Shown here piece by piece: positions 1 through 8,665 of a stretch of DNA of 64,000 bases. The position numbers were made by a program, and so were the translations under genes. Source of the DNA: Bryobacter sp. (lineage in GTDB: Bacteria; Acidobacteriota; Terriglobia; Bryobacterales; Bryobacteraceae); NCBI GenBank assembly GCA_044340255.1, contig JBIITX010000001.1, positions 132,138 through 196,137 of the forward strand, in the 5' to 3' direction. Each line of letters begins with the position of its first letter. The first letter of the stretch is position 1. The notes under the pieces were generated by a model. It was not told where the DNA came from and searched no databases. It saw only the letters and a program-made list of their open reading frames with translations.

Positions 1-1
1 C

Positions 2-274
2 CATCCCGGAGAGATGTTGCTCAAAGAGTTCCTCGAGCCACTCGGAGTTTCGCAGTCCGACGCCGCAGCCCGGATGGACATTCCGTTCCAGCGCCTCAAC
101 GCCATTGTCAATGGCCGCCGTGCCGTAAGTGCCGAGACAGCTCTGCTCCTTCAGGACCTGACGAGATGGGACGCAGAGATCTGGCTGCAATTGCAGGCGA
201 AGTGGGACCTGTGGCACGCCATGCAGGCGCGCCGAATGGGGCCCAAGGTGCGCGCTCTCCCACGAAGCGCGTAG
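2..274 (+). CDS. higA: HigA-family addiction-module antitoxin (HTH), 5'-truncated by the window edge
   Basis: Frame open from base 2: HPGEMLLKEFLEPLGVSQ...RLNAIVNGRRAVSAETALLL...W+.LQAKWDLW, the HigA/VapI HTH signature. Confidence 0.85.
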   Translation, partial: HPGEMLLKEFLEPLGVSQSDAAARMDIPFQRLNAIVNGRRAVSAETALLLQDLTRWDAEIWLQLQAKWDLWHAMQARRMGPKVRALPRSA

Positions 275-448
275 TGTGGCCGGTTGATGTACTATCTTCA
301 GTGGCTGGATTCGCTCTGGCGAGCCCCCATGAGGCTCCCTTCTGGTGCCCTCATTGAAGTCAAATCTGTCAGCCTCAGTGTTACCCATCTGCCCGATTGG
401 TCAGCAGCATTTGGCTAGACCGCTGGCTCTACGGATCTCGCAAATAAC

Positions 449-580
449 TCAAGCCAGAATCGCTCGCACCACACTCCCATGCACGTGCACCGGGTCCGTC
501 ACAATGTTGTAGCTGAAATCATCCGTCTCTCCATAACTCATCCCGGCCTTCACCCCAGCCCCTGCCAAAAACACAGTAAA
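449..580 (-). pseudogene. Displaced 3' end of DUF1501 gene, copy 3 (96-bp in-frame internal deletion)
   Basis: Matches 4592-4819 except for loss of 32 codons; encodes [43 protein letters not shown]. Confidence 0.92.
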
Positions 581-667
581 CGAGTACGCGCTGAGAACCT
601 TCCGCAACGCCCTTTGATGTCCCGTCGCCATGAAACTCTACGCTGTGCCGTTGATGTGGATCTATCC
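581..667. repeat. Cassette end sequence R (copy in unit 2)
   Basis: CGAGTACGC-GCTGAGAACCTTCCGCAA..TGTCCCGTCGC.ATGAAACTCTACGCT.TGCCGTTGAT is shared with 2067-2208 and abuts the same DUF1501 breakpoint. Confidence 0.85.
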
Positions 668-696
668 CAAATCAGGTGCGTCCAAGCTTCCTCGAT

Positions 697-716
697 GGTA
701 CCGCCTGTGGTACCTT
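697..716 (+). promoter_or_regulatory. Probable hicAB operator / -10 region
   Basis: Two GGTACC palindromes (697-702, 709-714) 12 bp apart; the second overlaps a TACCTT -10-like hexamer 7 nt before the GTG start. Confidence 0.45.
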
Positions 717-722
717 CTAGGT

Positions 723-968
723 GTGTCAAACGCGGCGAAGCTGATCGCCAAAATGCGCAGGAATCCGCGCGATTGGCGTATCGAGGATCTGAAGGTGGTC
801 GCGCTCAGCTTGGGCATTGATCATGATCAGCACGGAACAAGCCACATGATTTTCCGACACGCTTCTGCGGGGCGTCTCTCCGTTCCTGCGCACCGTCCCA
901 TCAAGCCAGTGTACGTCCGTCTGTTTGTAGAGTTCGTCGACACCGTAGGTAAAAATCATGAAAATTGA
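723..968 (+). CDS. hicA: HicA-family mRNA interferase toxin
   Basis: GTG start; W..EDL..VA..LG......GTSHMIFRH....RLSVPAHRPIKPVYVR motif (GSH loop); stop overlaps hicB start. Confidence 0.85.
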   Translation: MSNAAKLIAKMRRNPRDWRIEDLKVVALSLGIDHDQHGTSHMIFRHASAGRLSVPAHRPIKPVYVRLFVEFVDTVGKNHEN

Positions 969-1317
969 CAAGTCCCTGATTCAATCCTATCCGTTCACGA
1001 TTCGTCCGCTGTCCGAAGCGGATGGGGGCGGATTTGCTATCGAGTATCCGGACCTGCCTGGGTGCATCTCCGATGGGGAAACCCCGGAAGAAGCCTTGAA
1101 ATGCGGTTCAGACGCAGTCAAGGCTTACATCCTGAATTGCATGAAGCACGGTGAAGCAGTTCCAAAGCCGAGCGCGGCTAGCGGCCAATGGCGGCAGCGT
1201 GTGCCCCGAAGCCTGCACTCTCGGCTGGTCGCCAAGGCCCGTGAGGAAGGCGTTAGCTTGAACACGCTGGTCACCGCGATGATCGCAGAAGGTCTGGGCC
1301 AGCGGCGGGCTTCCTAG
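958..1317 (+). CDS. hicB: HicB-family antitoxin with C-terminal RHH
   Basis: YPFTIRPLSEADGGGFAIEYPDLPGCISDGETPEEAL; C-terminal RVPRSLHSRL..KA..EGVSLNTLV. Confidence 0.9.
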   Translation: MKIDKSLIQSYPFTIRPLSEADGGGFAIEYPDLPGCISDGETPEEALKCGSDAVKAYILNCMKHGEAVPKPSAASGQWRQRVPRSLHSRLVAKAREEGVSLNTLVTAMIAEGLGQRRAS

Positions 1318-1691
1318 CGGCATCGGCACCGCTCCAGAAGGATTGTGATCATAAGTTCTGAAACATCACCTTTCGTGCGACCGGTCGTTCGACGCCTCAT
1401 CGAACGATTGTTCAGCGAATAAGACTGATGGAAGAGTAGCGACCTCGTTGACCGAGTCGTTCAAGCGCATAGCCACGCTGGCGGCTCGGTCGTGCCCAAC
1501 CCCAACTTCACCTCAAAACGGGTATGGAACGATCTCAAAAGTGACGGGTTGGTAACCAGCCATGGAAACGACCGCTCTTGCAACGCTCCAAACCTCAATC
1601 GCCGAGCCGGGCTAACGAAGCGCCAGAGCCAGTTTTGCGTGAATTTATGTGACCGCTGAAAACAGCGGTTGTAAGGAATGATTCCTGCCCT

Positions 1692-1839
1692 GTCGCAGAG
1701 TGTAAAGTTTTCGCCACTGCAGGGACTCAACCTTGCTCAGCGATAGTCCGGTGGGCGCATCGAGACGAGGAACGGACCGCAGCTTCTTCTCTGCTGCGCT
1801 CCTCAAAGAACCTTCCTCACGCGCAACCAACTCAACCCC
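1692..1839. repeat. Cassette end sequence L (copy in unit 2)
   Basis: GTCGCA.AGTGTA.AGTTTT..GCCACTGCAGGGACTCAACCTTGC.CAGCGATAGTCCGG.GGGCGCATCGAGACGA...CTCCTCAAAGAACC...CACGCGCAACCAAC.CAACCCC is shared with 4394-4591. Confidence 0.88.
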
Positions 1840-2066
1840 TCAGGCCAAAATCGCCCGCACCACACTCCCATGTACATCCGTCAGCCGAAAGTGCCGCCCC
1901 TGATACTTATACGTCAGCTTCGTGTGATCAATCCCCAGAATCCGCAAGATCGTCGCATGCAGATCATGCACATGCACCGGGTCCTTCACAATGTTGTAGC
2001 TGAAGTCATTCGTCTCCCCATAACTCATCCCGGCTTCACTCCAGCGCCTGCCAGAAACACCGTAAA
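1840..2066 (-). pseudogene. Displaced 3' end of DUF1501 gene, copy 2 (1-bp deletion)
   Basis: 227 bp nearly identical to 4592-4819; homology stops at TTTACGGTGTTT (minus strand). Confidence 0.95.
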
Positions 2067-2208
2067 CGAGTACGCTCAGATCCGCCCGACTGAAAGGATA
2101 AGCTTCGAATATCACGCCATCCGCCAAAACGCGCTGAGAACCTTCCGCAATCCCCTTTGGTGTCCCGTCGCAATGAAACTCTACGCTATGCCGTTGATCG
2201 TGATCTAC
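2067..2208. repeat. Cassette end sequence R (copy in unit 1)
   Basis: Homologous to 581-667 with an extra ~57 bp block (about 2076-2132). Confidence 0.85.
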
Positions 2209-2260
2209 CTGGCAATCCTTCCCAGAAGCTGCTCCCACCCGTGGTTGGGCCGCTTGCAGG

Positions 2261-4159
2261 TCAACGGCCGCCAATCAACCTCATGGCAGGAACGATATCT
2301 CCATCCACAATCTCGCTGGACCAGCGCCCCCAAATGCCACCCTGGCGGTAATTCCCGCCGGTGAACACGACCGCCAATTCGAGATCGGGAACCACGAGTA
2401 GAATCTGACCCCCATTACCCGTGGCAGTGTAGCTCGGATAGATACGCTCTCCGGAGCGGATACCGCCCAGATGCCAAGCATGGCCATCATCGCTTTCGCC
2501 ATAGGCGTCCCCGAACTGTTCCGCATCAAGGCCGGTCGTGGCGGGCGAGATGTGGACCTGGGGCGCTGTCGATTGCGCCACCCAGGAACGCTCGACGATG
2601 CGCCGTCCGCGCCACGCGCCGCCGTCAAGATAGGCCTGCCCGACCTTCAATAGATCCCTTGGTCGCAGGTATGCGCCGCCGCCCAAATAGCCTTCATCTG
2701 TCGGCATCAAATTCCAATGATAAGGGCCGAATTGCAGGGGGCGGGCGACCGTACGATCGAAAAACTCGGGCAGCCATGTCCTCGTTGCGGTCTTCAGGAC
2801 AGCCCCAACCAGGTTCATGTTCGCCGAGCAGTAGGCATAGCGCGTTCCGGGGTCGTGCGCCATTGGAAGATCCAGTGTGTACTTCCACCAATCCGGCTGC
2901 TGGAGCTGCGACTGCATGGTGCCCTCGTGTCCTGGTGACGCATCGTCGTAGTCGTTACAGGCAAGCCCGGAGGTGTGCGTCATAAGATGAGCAACCGTAA
3001 TCCTTGCCTTCCGCGGATCTGGGTTCGCGAACGGGCCCATGCGCGAGAGCAGGTCGTAGACGCTCGTCTCCGGCGAGACCTTTGCTCCCTGCATCATTGC
3101 GGCACCGAGTATGATCGAGGCAAAGGTCTTGCCGACCGACCGCGTGTCGTGCAGATCATCGCGATGGAAACCGTAGAAATACTCTTCGAGCACAAGCTTC
3201 CCACGATGCGCCACAAGCAGGGAATGTATCAGAGACGGGCGGCGGACGGAGGGATCGGCGGCAGCTAGCCGCCGCACGAGCTTTGTAAGCGCTTCCTCGT
3301 CGATGCCGCCGTCTCGGGCCCGGGCGGTACGCCAACCATCCCCCGTCACCGGCGGGCGACCGTAAACGTAAGGTGCATCGCCCGGAGGACGTGGAAAGAA
3401 ATTGGCTGCCTGTGAGAACGTGCGGCGGGTCAGCGCTATCCTGCGGTCGAGATCGGGCCAGTGAATCTGCAACGTGTCGCGGCTCAGAAGCACTCCTTCG
3501 TGCCGGAACGTGGGCGCCGCAGGGTTGGAGCCGGCGCTGAACCGGACGGCTTTGCCTTCACGCGTCACACGAAACTGCATGGCTCCGCCAACTGAGTTCT
3601 GCTCGGGATTGCGGAACGCCGCGAGCAACGCCCCCTCCGCGTCGCGGAAGATTCGAAGGTAGAGGGTCATAGGGGATTCAAGCGGCCGGACCGTGCCGCG
3701 CCATTTGCCACGACCCGCGCCCTGCAGGACGAGTGGTGTTGCAAACGGTTGGGTCGAGCCGGTGGGGAATCGCGGATCCGCCGATACACCAGGCTGGATC
3801 CAGAAGCCGTCGATAGCCCGCCCTGGGCCTGCCAGCGTGCCACGGAAGCGACCCAGGTTACCGGGGAAGTCGATGAGCACCTCGCGATCGGCTACTTGCA
3901 CGTTAGCTTCGGTGCCTGAGAGCTTCGCCCGCCAGTCTGAACCCTCGCGCACAACAACAAGGTCGCCCCTCAGGCTGACACCGACGTTAGCCTCGAAGGC
4001 CCAGATTCCGATCAGGTCGTCGTCTCGTCCGCTAAACTGATTCGAGCCCTGCGGGCGCGATTCCGTTGCTGCTGGTCGCTCTGTATTGGACTGACTGCTG
4101 GCGTACTGAACAACTGCCATACCTAACACTAGAAGTGAAACCAGAAATCTATTCTTCAC
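2261..4159 (-). CDS. Secreted serine hydrolase, beta-lactamase/AmpC-like fold with N-terminal extension
   Basis: GTG start giving signal peptide [23 protein letters not shown]; SxxK (RSVGKT), [23 protein letters not shown]. Confidence 0.85.
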   Translation of the reverse strand: MKNRFLVSLLVLGMAVVQYASSQSNTERPAATESRPQGSNQFSGRDDDLIGIWAFEANVGVSLRGDLVVVREGSDWRAKLSGTEANVQVADREVLIDFPGNLGRFRGTLAGPGRAIDGFWIQPGVSADPRFPTGSTQPFATPLVLQGAGRGKWRGTVRPLESPMTLYLRIFRDAEGALLAAFRNPEQNSVGGAMQFRVTREGKAVRFSAGSNPAAPTFRHEGVLLSRDTLQIHWPDLDRRIALTRRTFSQAANFFPRPPGDAPYVYGRPPVTGDGWRTARARDGGIDEEALTKLVRRLAAADPSVRRPSLIHSLLVAHRGKLVLEEYFYGFHRDDLHDTRSVGKTFASIILGAAMMQGAKVSPETSVYDLLSRMGPFANPDPRKARITVAHLMTHTSGLACNDYDDASPGHEGTMQSQLQQPDWWKYTLDLPMAHDPGTRYAYCSANMNLVGAVLKTATRTWLPEFFDRTVARPLQFGPYHWNLMPTDEGYLGGGAYLRPRDLLKVGQAYLDGGAWRGRRIVERSWVAQSTAPQVHISPATTGLDAEQFGDAYGESDDGHAWHLGGIRSGERIYPSYTATGNGGQILLVVPDLELAVVFTGGNYRQGGIWGRWSSEIVDGDIVPAMRLIGGR

Positions 4160-4393
4160 GGGACTTACTCTCCGGTTCTGTGAAATTAAGTCGGAAGAAA
4201 TGTTGGCGGCCCAACTCCTATTTAGGCTGACCTGGACAAATCCGACGCTGGTCGGCCTAGTCCCGCCGTCGCTTCCATATAACCAGAGACTATACCAGCC
4301 TTGGCCAGTCAACACCACATCACATGAGCGAGATGTCGCCAAACAGTCGATGTGCCCGGCCCGGCCGCCAATTCCTTCGATAGATCGCGTGAA

Positions 4394-4591
4394 GTCGCAA
4401 AGTGTAGAGTTTTTGGCCACTGCAGGGACTCAACCTTGCGCAGCGATAGTCCGGCGGGCGCATCGAGACGATGATCGCAGCGCAGCGGCTTCTCTTCTGC
4501 TCTCCTCAAAGAACCCACATCAGATCAGTAGCTTCTCATGCCTCGAAAATCACCGCCCCCACCCCACCCCACGCGCAACCAACACAACCCC
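4394..4591. repeat. Cassette end sequence L (copy in unit 1)
   Basis: Homologous to 1692-1839 with an extra ~50 bp block near the DUF1501 stop. Confidence 0.88.
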
Positions 4592-5938
4592 TCAAGCCAG
4601 AATCGCCCGCACCACACTCCCATGCACATCCGTCAGCCTAAAGTGCCGCCCCTGATACTTATACGTCAGCTTCGTGTGATCAATCCCCAGAATCCGCAAG
4701 ATCGTCGCATGCAGATCATGCACATGCACCGGGTCCTTCACAATGTTGTAGCTAAAATCATCCGTCTCCCCATAACTCATCCCGGCCTTCACTCCAGCCC
4801 CAGCCAGAAACACCGTAAAGCAGCGCGGATGATGGTCTCGCCCATAATCCTCCGCCGTCAGCTTCCCTTGGCAATACACGGTCCGTCCAAACTCACCACC
4901 CCAAACCACCAGCGTGTCCTCAAGCAATCCCCGTTCCCCAAGATCCTCAATCAGCGCTGCCGTTCCTTGGTCCGTATCCCGGCACTGGTTCACAATCTGC
5001 CCGGGCAAGTGGTTATGCTGATCCCAGCCCCGGTGGAACAACTGGATAAACCGCACCCCTCGCTCCGCCAGTCTCCGCGCCATCAAACAATTCGACGCAT
5101 AAGACCCCGGTGTCCGTACCTCCGGCCCATACCGCTTCAAAGTAGCTTCTGATTCCTTCGACAGATCCGTCAACTCCGGCACCGAACTCTGCATCTTGTA
5201 AGCCATCTCGTACTGCGCCATCCGCGTCGCAATCTCCGGGTCTCCCGTCTGCTCCTGCTTCAGTTGATTCAAGGCCGCCAGATCATCCAGATAACTCCGC
5301 CGCGTCGCCGCGCTCACCCCCTCCGGGTTCTTCAAAAACAAAACCGGGTCGCCGTTCGAGCGAAACTTCACCCCCTGATACTTCGTCGGCAAAAAGCCAC
5401 TCCCCCACAAGCGGTCATAGAGCGGCTGGTCTGAGACATTGCCCGTCCCCTGCGAAATCATCACCACAAACGCCGGCAGGTCCTGGTTCTCCGTCCCCAA
5501 TCCAAACGACAGCCAAGACCCGATCGAGGGCCTTCCCGCCAACTGGAATCCAGTCTGGAAAAACGTCACCGCCGGGTCATGGTTGATCGCCTCCGTATTC
5601 ATCGATTTAATGAAACAAAGCCGATCCGCAATCTTCGCCACATGCGGCATCAGGTCGCTCACCCACGCCCCCGATTGCCCCCTCTGCTCAAACCGGAACT
5701 TCGATGGCACCAGCGGAAAGCTCGTCTGGGTCGCGGTCATCCCCGTCAGCCGCTGTCCCCGCCGCACCGAATCGGGCAACTCCTGCCCCAGCATCTTCAC
5801 CAGCGTCGGCTTATAGTCAAACAACTCAAGCTGCGAAGGCGCCCCGCTTTGAAACAGGTAAATCACCCGCTTCGCCTTCGGCGCAAAATCCGTCGTGGCG
5901 GCCATCGCCGCAGTCGCTAAAAATCCGCGCCGTGTCAT
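4592..5938 (-). CDS. DUF1501 domain protein (sulfatase-like, Tat signal)
   Basis: MTRRGFL Tat motif; [45 protein letters not shown]. Confidence 0.93.
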   Translation of the reverse strand: MTRRGFLATAAMAATTDFAPKAKRVIYLFQSGAPSQLELFDYKPTLVKMLGQELPDSVRRGQRLTGMTATQTSFPLVPSKFRFEQRGQSGAWVSDLMPHVAKIADRLCFIKSMNTEAINHDPAVTFFQTGFQLAGRPSIGSWLSFGLGTENQDLPAFVVMISQGTGNVSDQPLYDRLWGSGFLPTKYQGVKFRSNGDPVLFLKNPEGVSAATRRSYLDDLAALNQLKQEQTGDPEIATRMAQYEMAYKMQSSVPELTDLSKESEATLKRYGPEVRTPGSYASNCLMARRLAERGVRFIQLFHRGWDQHNHLPGQIVNQCRDTDQGTAALIEDLGERGLLEDTLVVWGGEFGRTVYCQGKLTAEDYGRDHHPRCFTVFLAGAGVKAGMSYGETDDFSYNIVKDPVHVHDLHATILRILGIDHTKLTYKYQGRHFRLTDVHGSVVRAILA

Positions 5939-8646
5939 TCCCGTGTAATCCCCTCATCAAGGTTCAACAACATACTCGCCACCATCGTATAGGCTGCCAG
6001 CTCTCTCGTGTCCAGCTTCGCATCCCTCGCCGAATCCCCATGCGCCAGCAGATTCTTTGCCGCTTGCGGGTCGGCCTGAAACGTCGCCAGATGCCGCTCG
6101 TAAGCCGCCTTCAAAATGCCTGCTTCCTTGTCATCGGCCTTCCGGCTCGTTACCATCCGAAACCCAGTCCCAATCGCATCCCCACTCTTCATCATCCGTT
6201 CGGCCAGCTTCCGCGAAGCTTCAAGAAACGTCACGTCATTCATCAGGTTCAATGCCTGCAACGGCGTATTCGTTCGAGACTCACGCACCACGCAAGTCTC
6301 CCGTCCCGCCGCATCAAAGTTCGCCATCGTAGGGGGCGGGGAAGTCCGCTTCCAGAACGTATACAGGCTCCGTCTCCAAAGCCCCTCGCCCTGATCCGTC
6401 ACGTAATCAGCCCCGCCAGAGAGTTCCTTCCAGAGTCCCGCCGGCTGATAAGGCTTCACTGAAGGTCCACCCACTTTTTCCACCAATAATCCTGAAACAA
6501 ACAATGCCTGATCTCGCACCTGCCCCGCATCCAGCCGCAACCGCGGGCCCCGCGCCAGTAACCGATTCTCCGGGTCCCGCGCCAGCAATTCCGGGCTCAT
6601 CTGCGAGCTCTGCTGATACGTCTCCGACATCACCATCGTCTTCAGCAGCTGCTTCACATTCCAGCCGCTCTCCACAAACTCCACGGCCAGCCAGTCCAGT
6701 AATTCCGGATGCGTCGGCCACTCTCCTTGCGAGCCAAAATCCTCACTCGTTTTCACCAGTCCGGTCCCGAACAATCCCTGCCACAGGCGATTCACCATCA
6801 CCCGCGCCGTCAGCGGATTCTCCTTGGCCACCAACCAGCGCGCCAGCCCCAGTCGATCATTCTTCTCACCAGCAGGAATCTTGCCAAGAACAGCAGGCAC
6901 GCCCGGTTGCACCGCCTCACCCGGTCGGTCATACGCCCCGCGGATCAGCACATGCGCTGGCAACTCCTTCTCCATCTGCCGCATCACCATCACTGTCGGA
7001 ATCGAATCAACAAACGCCTCCCGCTCGCTCCTCAGCTTGGTCAACACGCCCCACGCAACCTTGTCTTCTGTTTCCAAAAATTGTCTCCGCCGCGCCGCAT
7101 CCCCATTCGCCGTACCCGCCAAAAACCCGACTTCCAACTCACTCAAAACCCGTCCAAAAATCCGAGTCTCCGTCCCACCCAGTCGAATGGCTTCCTTCAC
7201 CACGAAATCCTGGTTCAGTTCATCCACCAGAATCTTCAACTTCTCTGGCTTACCATCCACATAAATCGTCAACCCGGCTGCCAGCTTCGAGCCGTCATAA
7301 GTGAATGCCACATGGTGCGCCTCCCTGACGGCAAACACGCGCTCGGTCTCGACACGTATGGCATCATCAAGCCACCGCTGCACCAGATTCACCTGCAGCC
7401 GCCCCTTATGGATGCGGAAGCTGAAGCCCATCGGCTCCTCACCCTCTACCGTCTTGGCGACAACATCCCCCTCTTGTCCACTCATCCGCGCCGCAATCGT
7501 AAAGCGGTCGGTATAGCTTGGGGCTGCCTTCTCCGTTGCAATCAGGCCGAGGCTCGGCTTCCAGTGCAGCGCTCCCTGGGCCGATCCCTTCTTGAGTCGC
7601 GCCTCTGCTGCCGCAATGGCAAGATCCATCGACTTCAACTTCGCGGCTTGCTCCGGCGTTGGTGCCGAAATGAAGGGCGGCGTATTGCCGTACTTGAAGT
7701 AACGTCCCCTCTCGCCAATATTGTGGAAGTAAGCAAAGAGCTGATAGAACTCCTTCTGCGAAAACGGATCGTACTTATGGTTGTGGCATCGCGCACACCC
7801 AACAGTCGACCCTAAAAACACCGTCGACATCGTCTCTACCCGGTCCGCAGCATACTCCGCCAGATACTCCTCGGCAACGATGCCACCCTCGCCGTTCCCA
7901 CGATGATTCCTCTGAAATCCCGTCGCAATCCGCTGCGACAGCGTCGCATGGGGTAACAGATCTCCTGCCATCTGCTCCACAATGAACTGGTCAAGCGGCA
8001 TGTTCTTTTGGAAGGCTTCGATCACCCAATCCCTCCACCGCCACATCATCCGCTCTCCATCGGTTTGATACCCATTCGAATCGGCATACCGCGCCGCATC
8101 AAGCCACCTCGCTGTCATCCGCTCGCCGTAGCGCGGTGAGCCCAGCAGCCGATCCACCGTTGCTTCATAGCTCTCCACTCGCTCCAGATCTGCCAGCGTC
8201 GGCGGCAGCCCAGTCAGGTCCAGATACACTCTTCGCAGCAGTGTCTCCCGCGCCGCCTTCGGTGACGGCTGCAATCCCTCTTTGGCAAGACGCGCCCGAA
8301 CGAACCCATCAATGCTTTCACCGGCATTGCGCTTGGGCACAACATAAGCCCAGTGCTTCTCCCAAGGTGCCCCAGCCTCAGCCCATTGCGTAAGCGTTCG
8401 TATCTCCAGATCCGTGAGTACCTTGCCCGTATGCTTGGGCGGCATCGTGCGAGACGCAACACGGGCCACAACAGCCTTTCGTGCCGCCTGCGCCGAACTC
8501 TCCTGGTCAAGCCGCAGCTTCCCCGCCGCATCCGTCCCATGGCAGCTCCAGCATTTATCCGATAGGATAGGGCGCACTTCCCGGTTGAAGTCCGGCCCCT
8601 GCGCCAGCAGGGCGCTCGTCCATAAAGCTGTAATCCAGAATCTCAT
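5935..8646 (-). CDS. Planctomycete cytochrome-c / PSD1 (DUF1549) / DUF1553 protein
   Basis: [92 protein letters not shown]. Confidence 0.93.
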   Translation of the reverse strand: MRFWITALWTSALLAQGPDFNREVRPILSDKCWSCHGTDAAGKLRLDQESSAQAARKAVVARVASRTMPPKHTGKVLTDLEIRTLTQWAEAGAPWEKHWAYVVPKRNAGESIDGFVRARLAKEGLQPSPKAARETLLRRVYLDLTGLPPTLADLERVESYEATVDRLLGSPRYGERMTARWLDAARYADSNGYQTDGERMMWRWRDWVIEAFQKNMPLDQFIVEQMAGDLLPHATLSQRIATGFQRNHRGNGEGGIVAEEYLAEYAADRVETMSTVFLGSTVGCARCHNHKYDPFSQKEFYQLFAYFHNIGERGRYFKYGNTPPFISAPTPEQAAKLKSMDLAIAAAEARLKKGSAQGALHWKPSLGLIATEKAAPSYTDRFTIAARMSGQEGDVVAKTVEGEEPMGFSFRIHKGRLQVNLVQRWLDDAIRVETERVFAVREAHHVAFTYDGSKLAAGLTIYVDGKPEKLKILVDELNQDFVVKEAIRLGGTETRIFGRVLSELEVGFLAGTANGDAARRRQFLETEDKVAWGVLTKLRSEREAFVDSIPTVMVMRQMEKELPAHVLIRGAYDRPGEAVQPGVPAVLGKIPAGEKNDRLGLARWLVAKENPLTARVMVNRLWQGLFGTGLVKTSEDFGSQGEWPTHPELLDWLAVEFVESGWNVKQLLKTMVMSETYQQSSQMSPELLARDPENRLLARGPRLRLDAGQVRDQALFVSGLLVEKVGGPSVKPYQPAGLWKELSGGADYVTDQGEGLWRRSLYTFWKRTSPPPTMANFDAAGRETCVVRESRTNTPLQALNLMNDVTFLEASRKLAERMMKSGDAIGTGFRMVTSRKADDKEAGILKAAYERHLATFQADPQAAKNLLAHGDSARDAKLDTRELAAYTMVASMLLNLDEGITRE

Positions 8647-8665
8647 CACGCTGACGAAGATTCTT

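Larger units (their letters stand above)
581..2066. mobile_element. Putative non-autonomous integrative cassette, unit 2 (1486 bp; cargo hicAB)
   Basis: Order R end - hicAB - L end - DUF1501 3' copy; same architecture as unit 1; no recombinase ORF. Confidence 0.65.
2067..4819. mobile_element. Putative non-autonomous integrative cassette, unit 1 (2753 bp; cargo serine hydrolase; supplies the present DUF1501 3' end)
   Basis: Order R end - cargo - L end - DUF1501 3' 228 bp; no recombinase ORF. Confidence 0.65.

Noticed and set aside
1645-1830. Short ORFs in the L ends (RLDAP.GLSL.KVESLQW) as a conserved peptide
   Set aside because: Differences between copies are non-synonymous and indels shift the frame; the similarity reflects DNA conservation.
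2200-4330. Complete integron (attC sites, intI)
   Set aside because: Only the 10-bp terminal complementarity is present; no full attC fold-back and no integrase were found.
4160-4420. N-terminal extension of the serine hydrolase in the ORF track (719 aa)
   Set aside because: It runs into the non-coding L end; a signal peptide begins at the GTG at 4159.
449-4819. Misassembly or simple tandem duplication as the cause of the DUF1501 repeats
   Set aside because: The copies differ at many, mostly synonymous, sites and by distinct deletions, and they enclose unrelated cargo between conserved ends.
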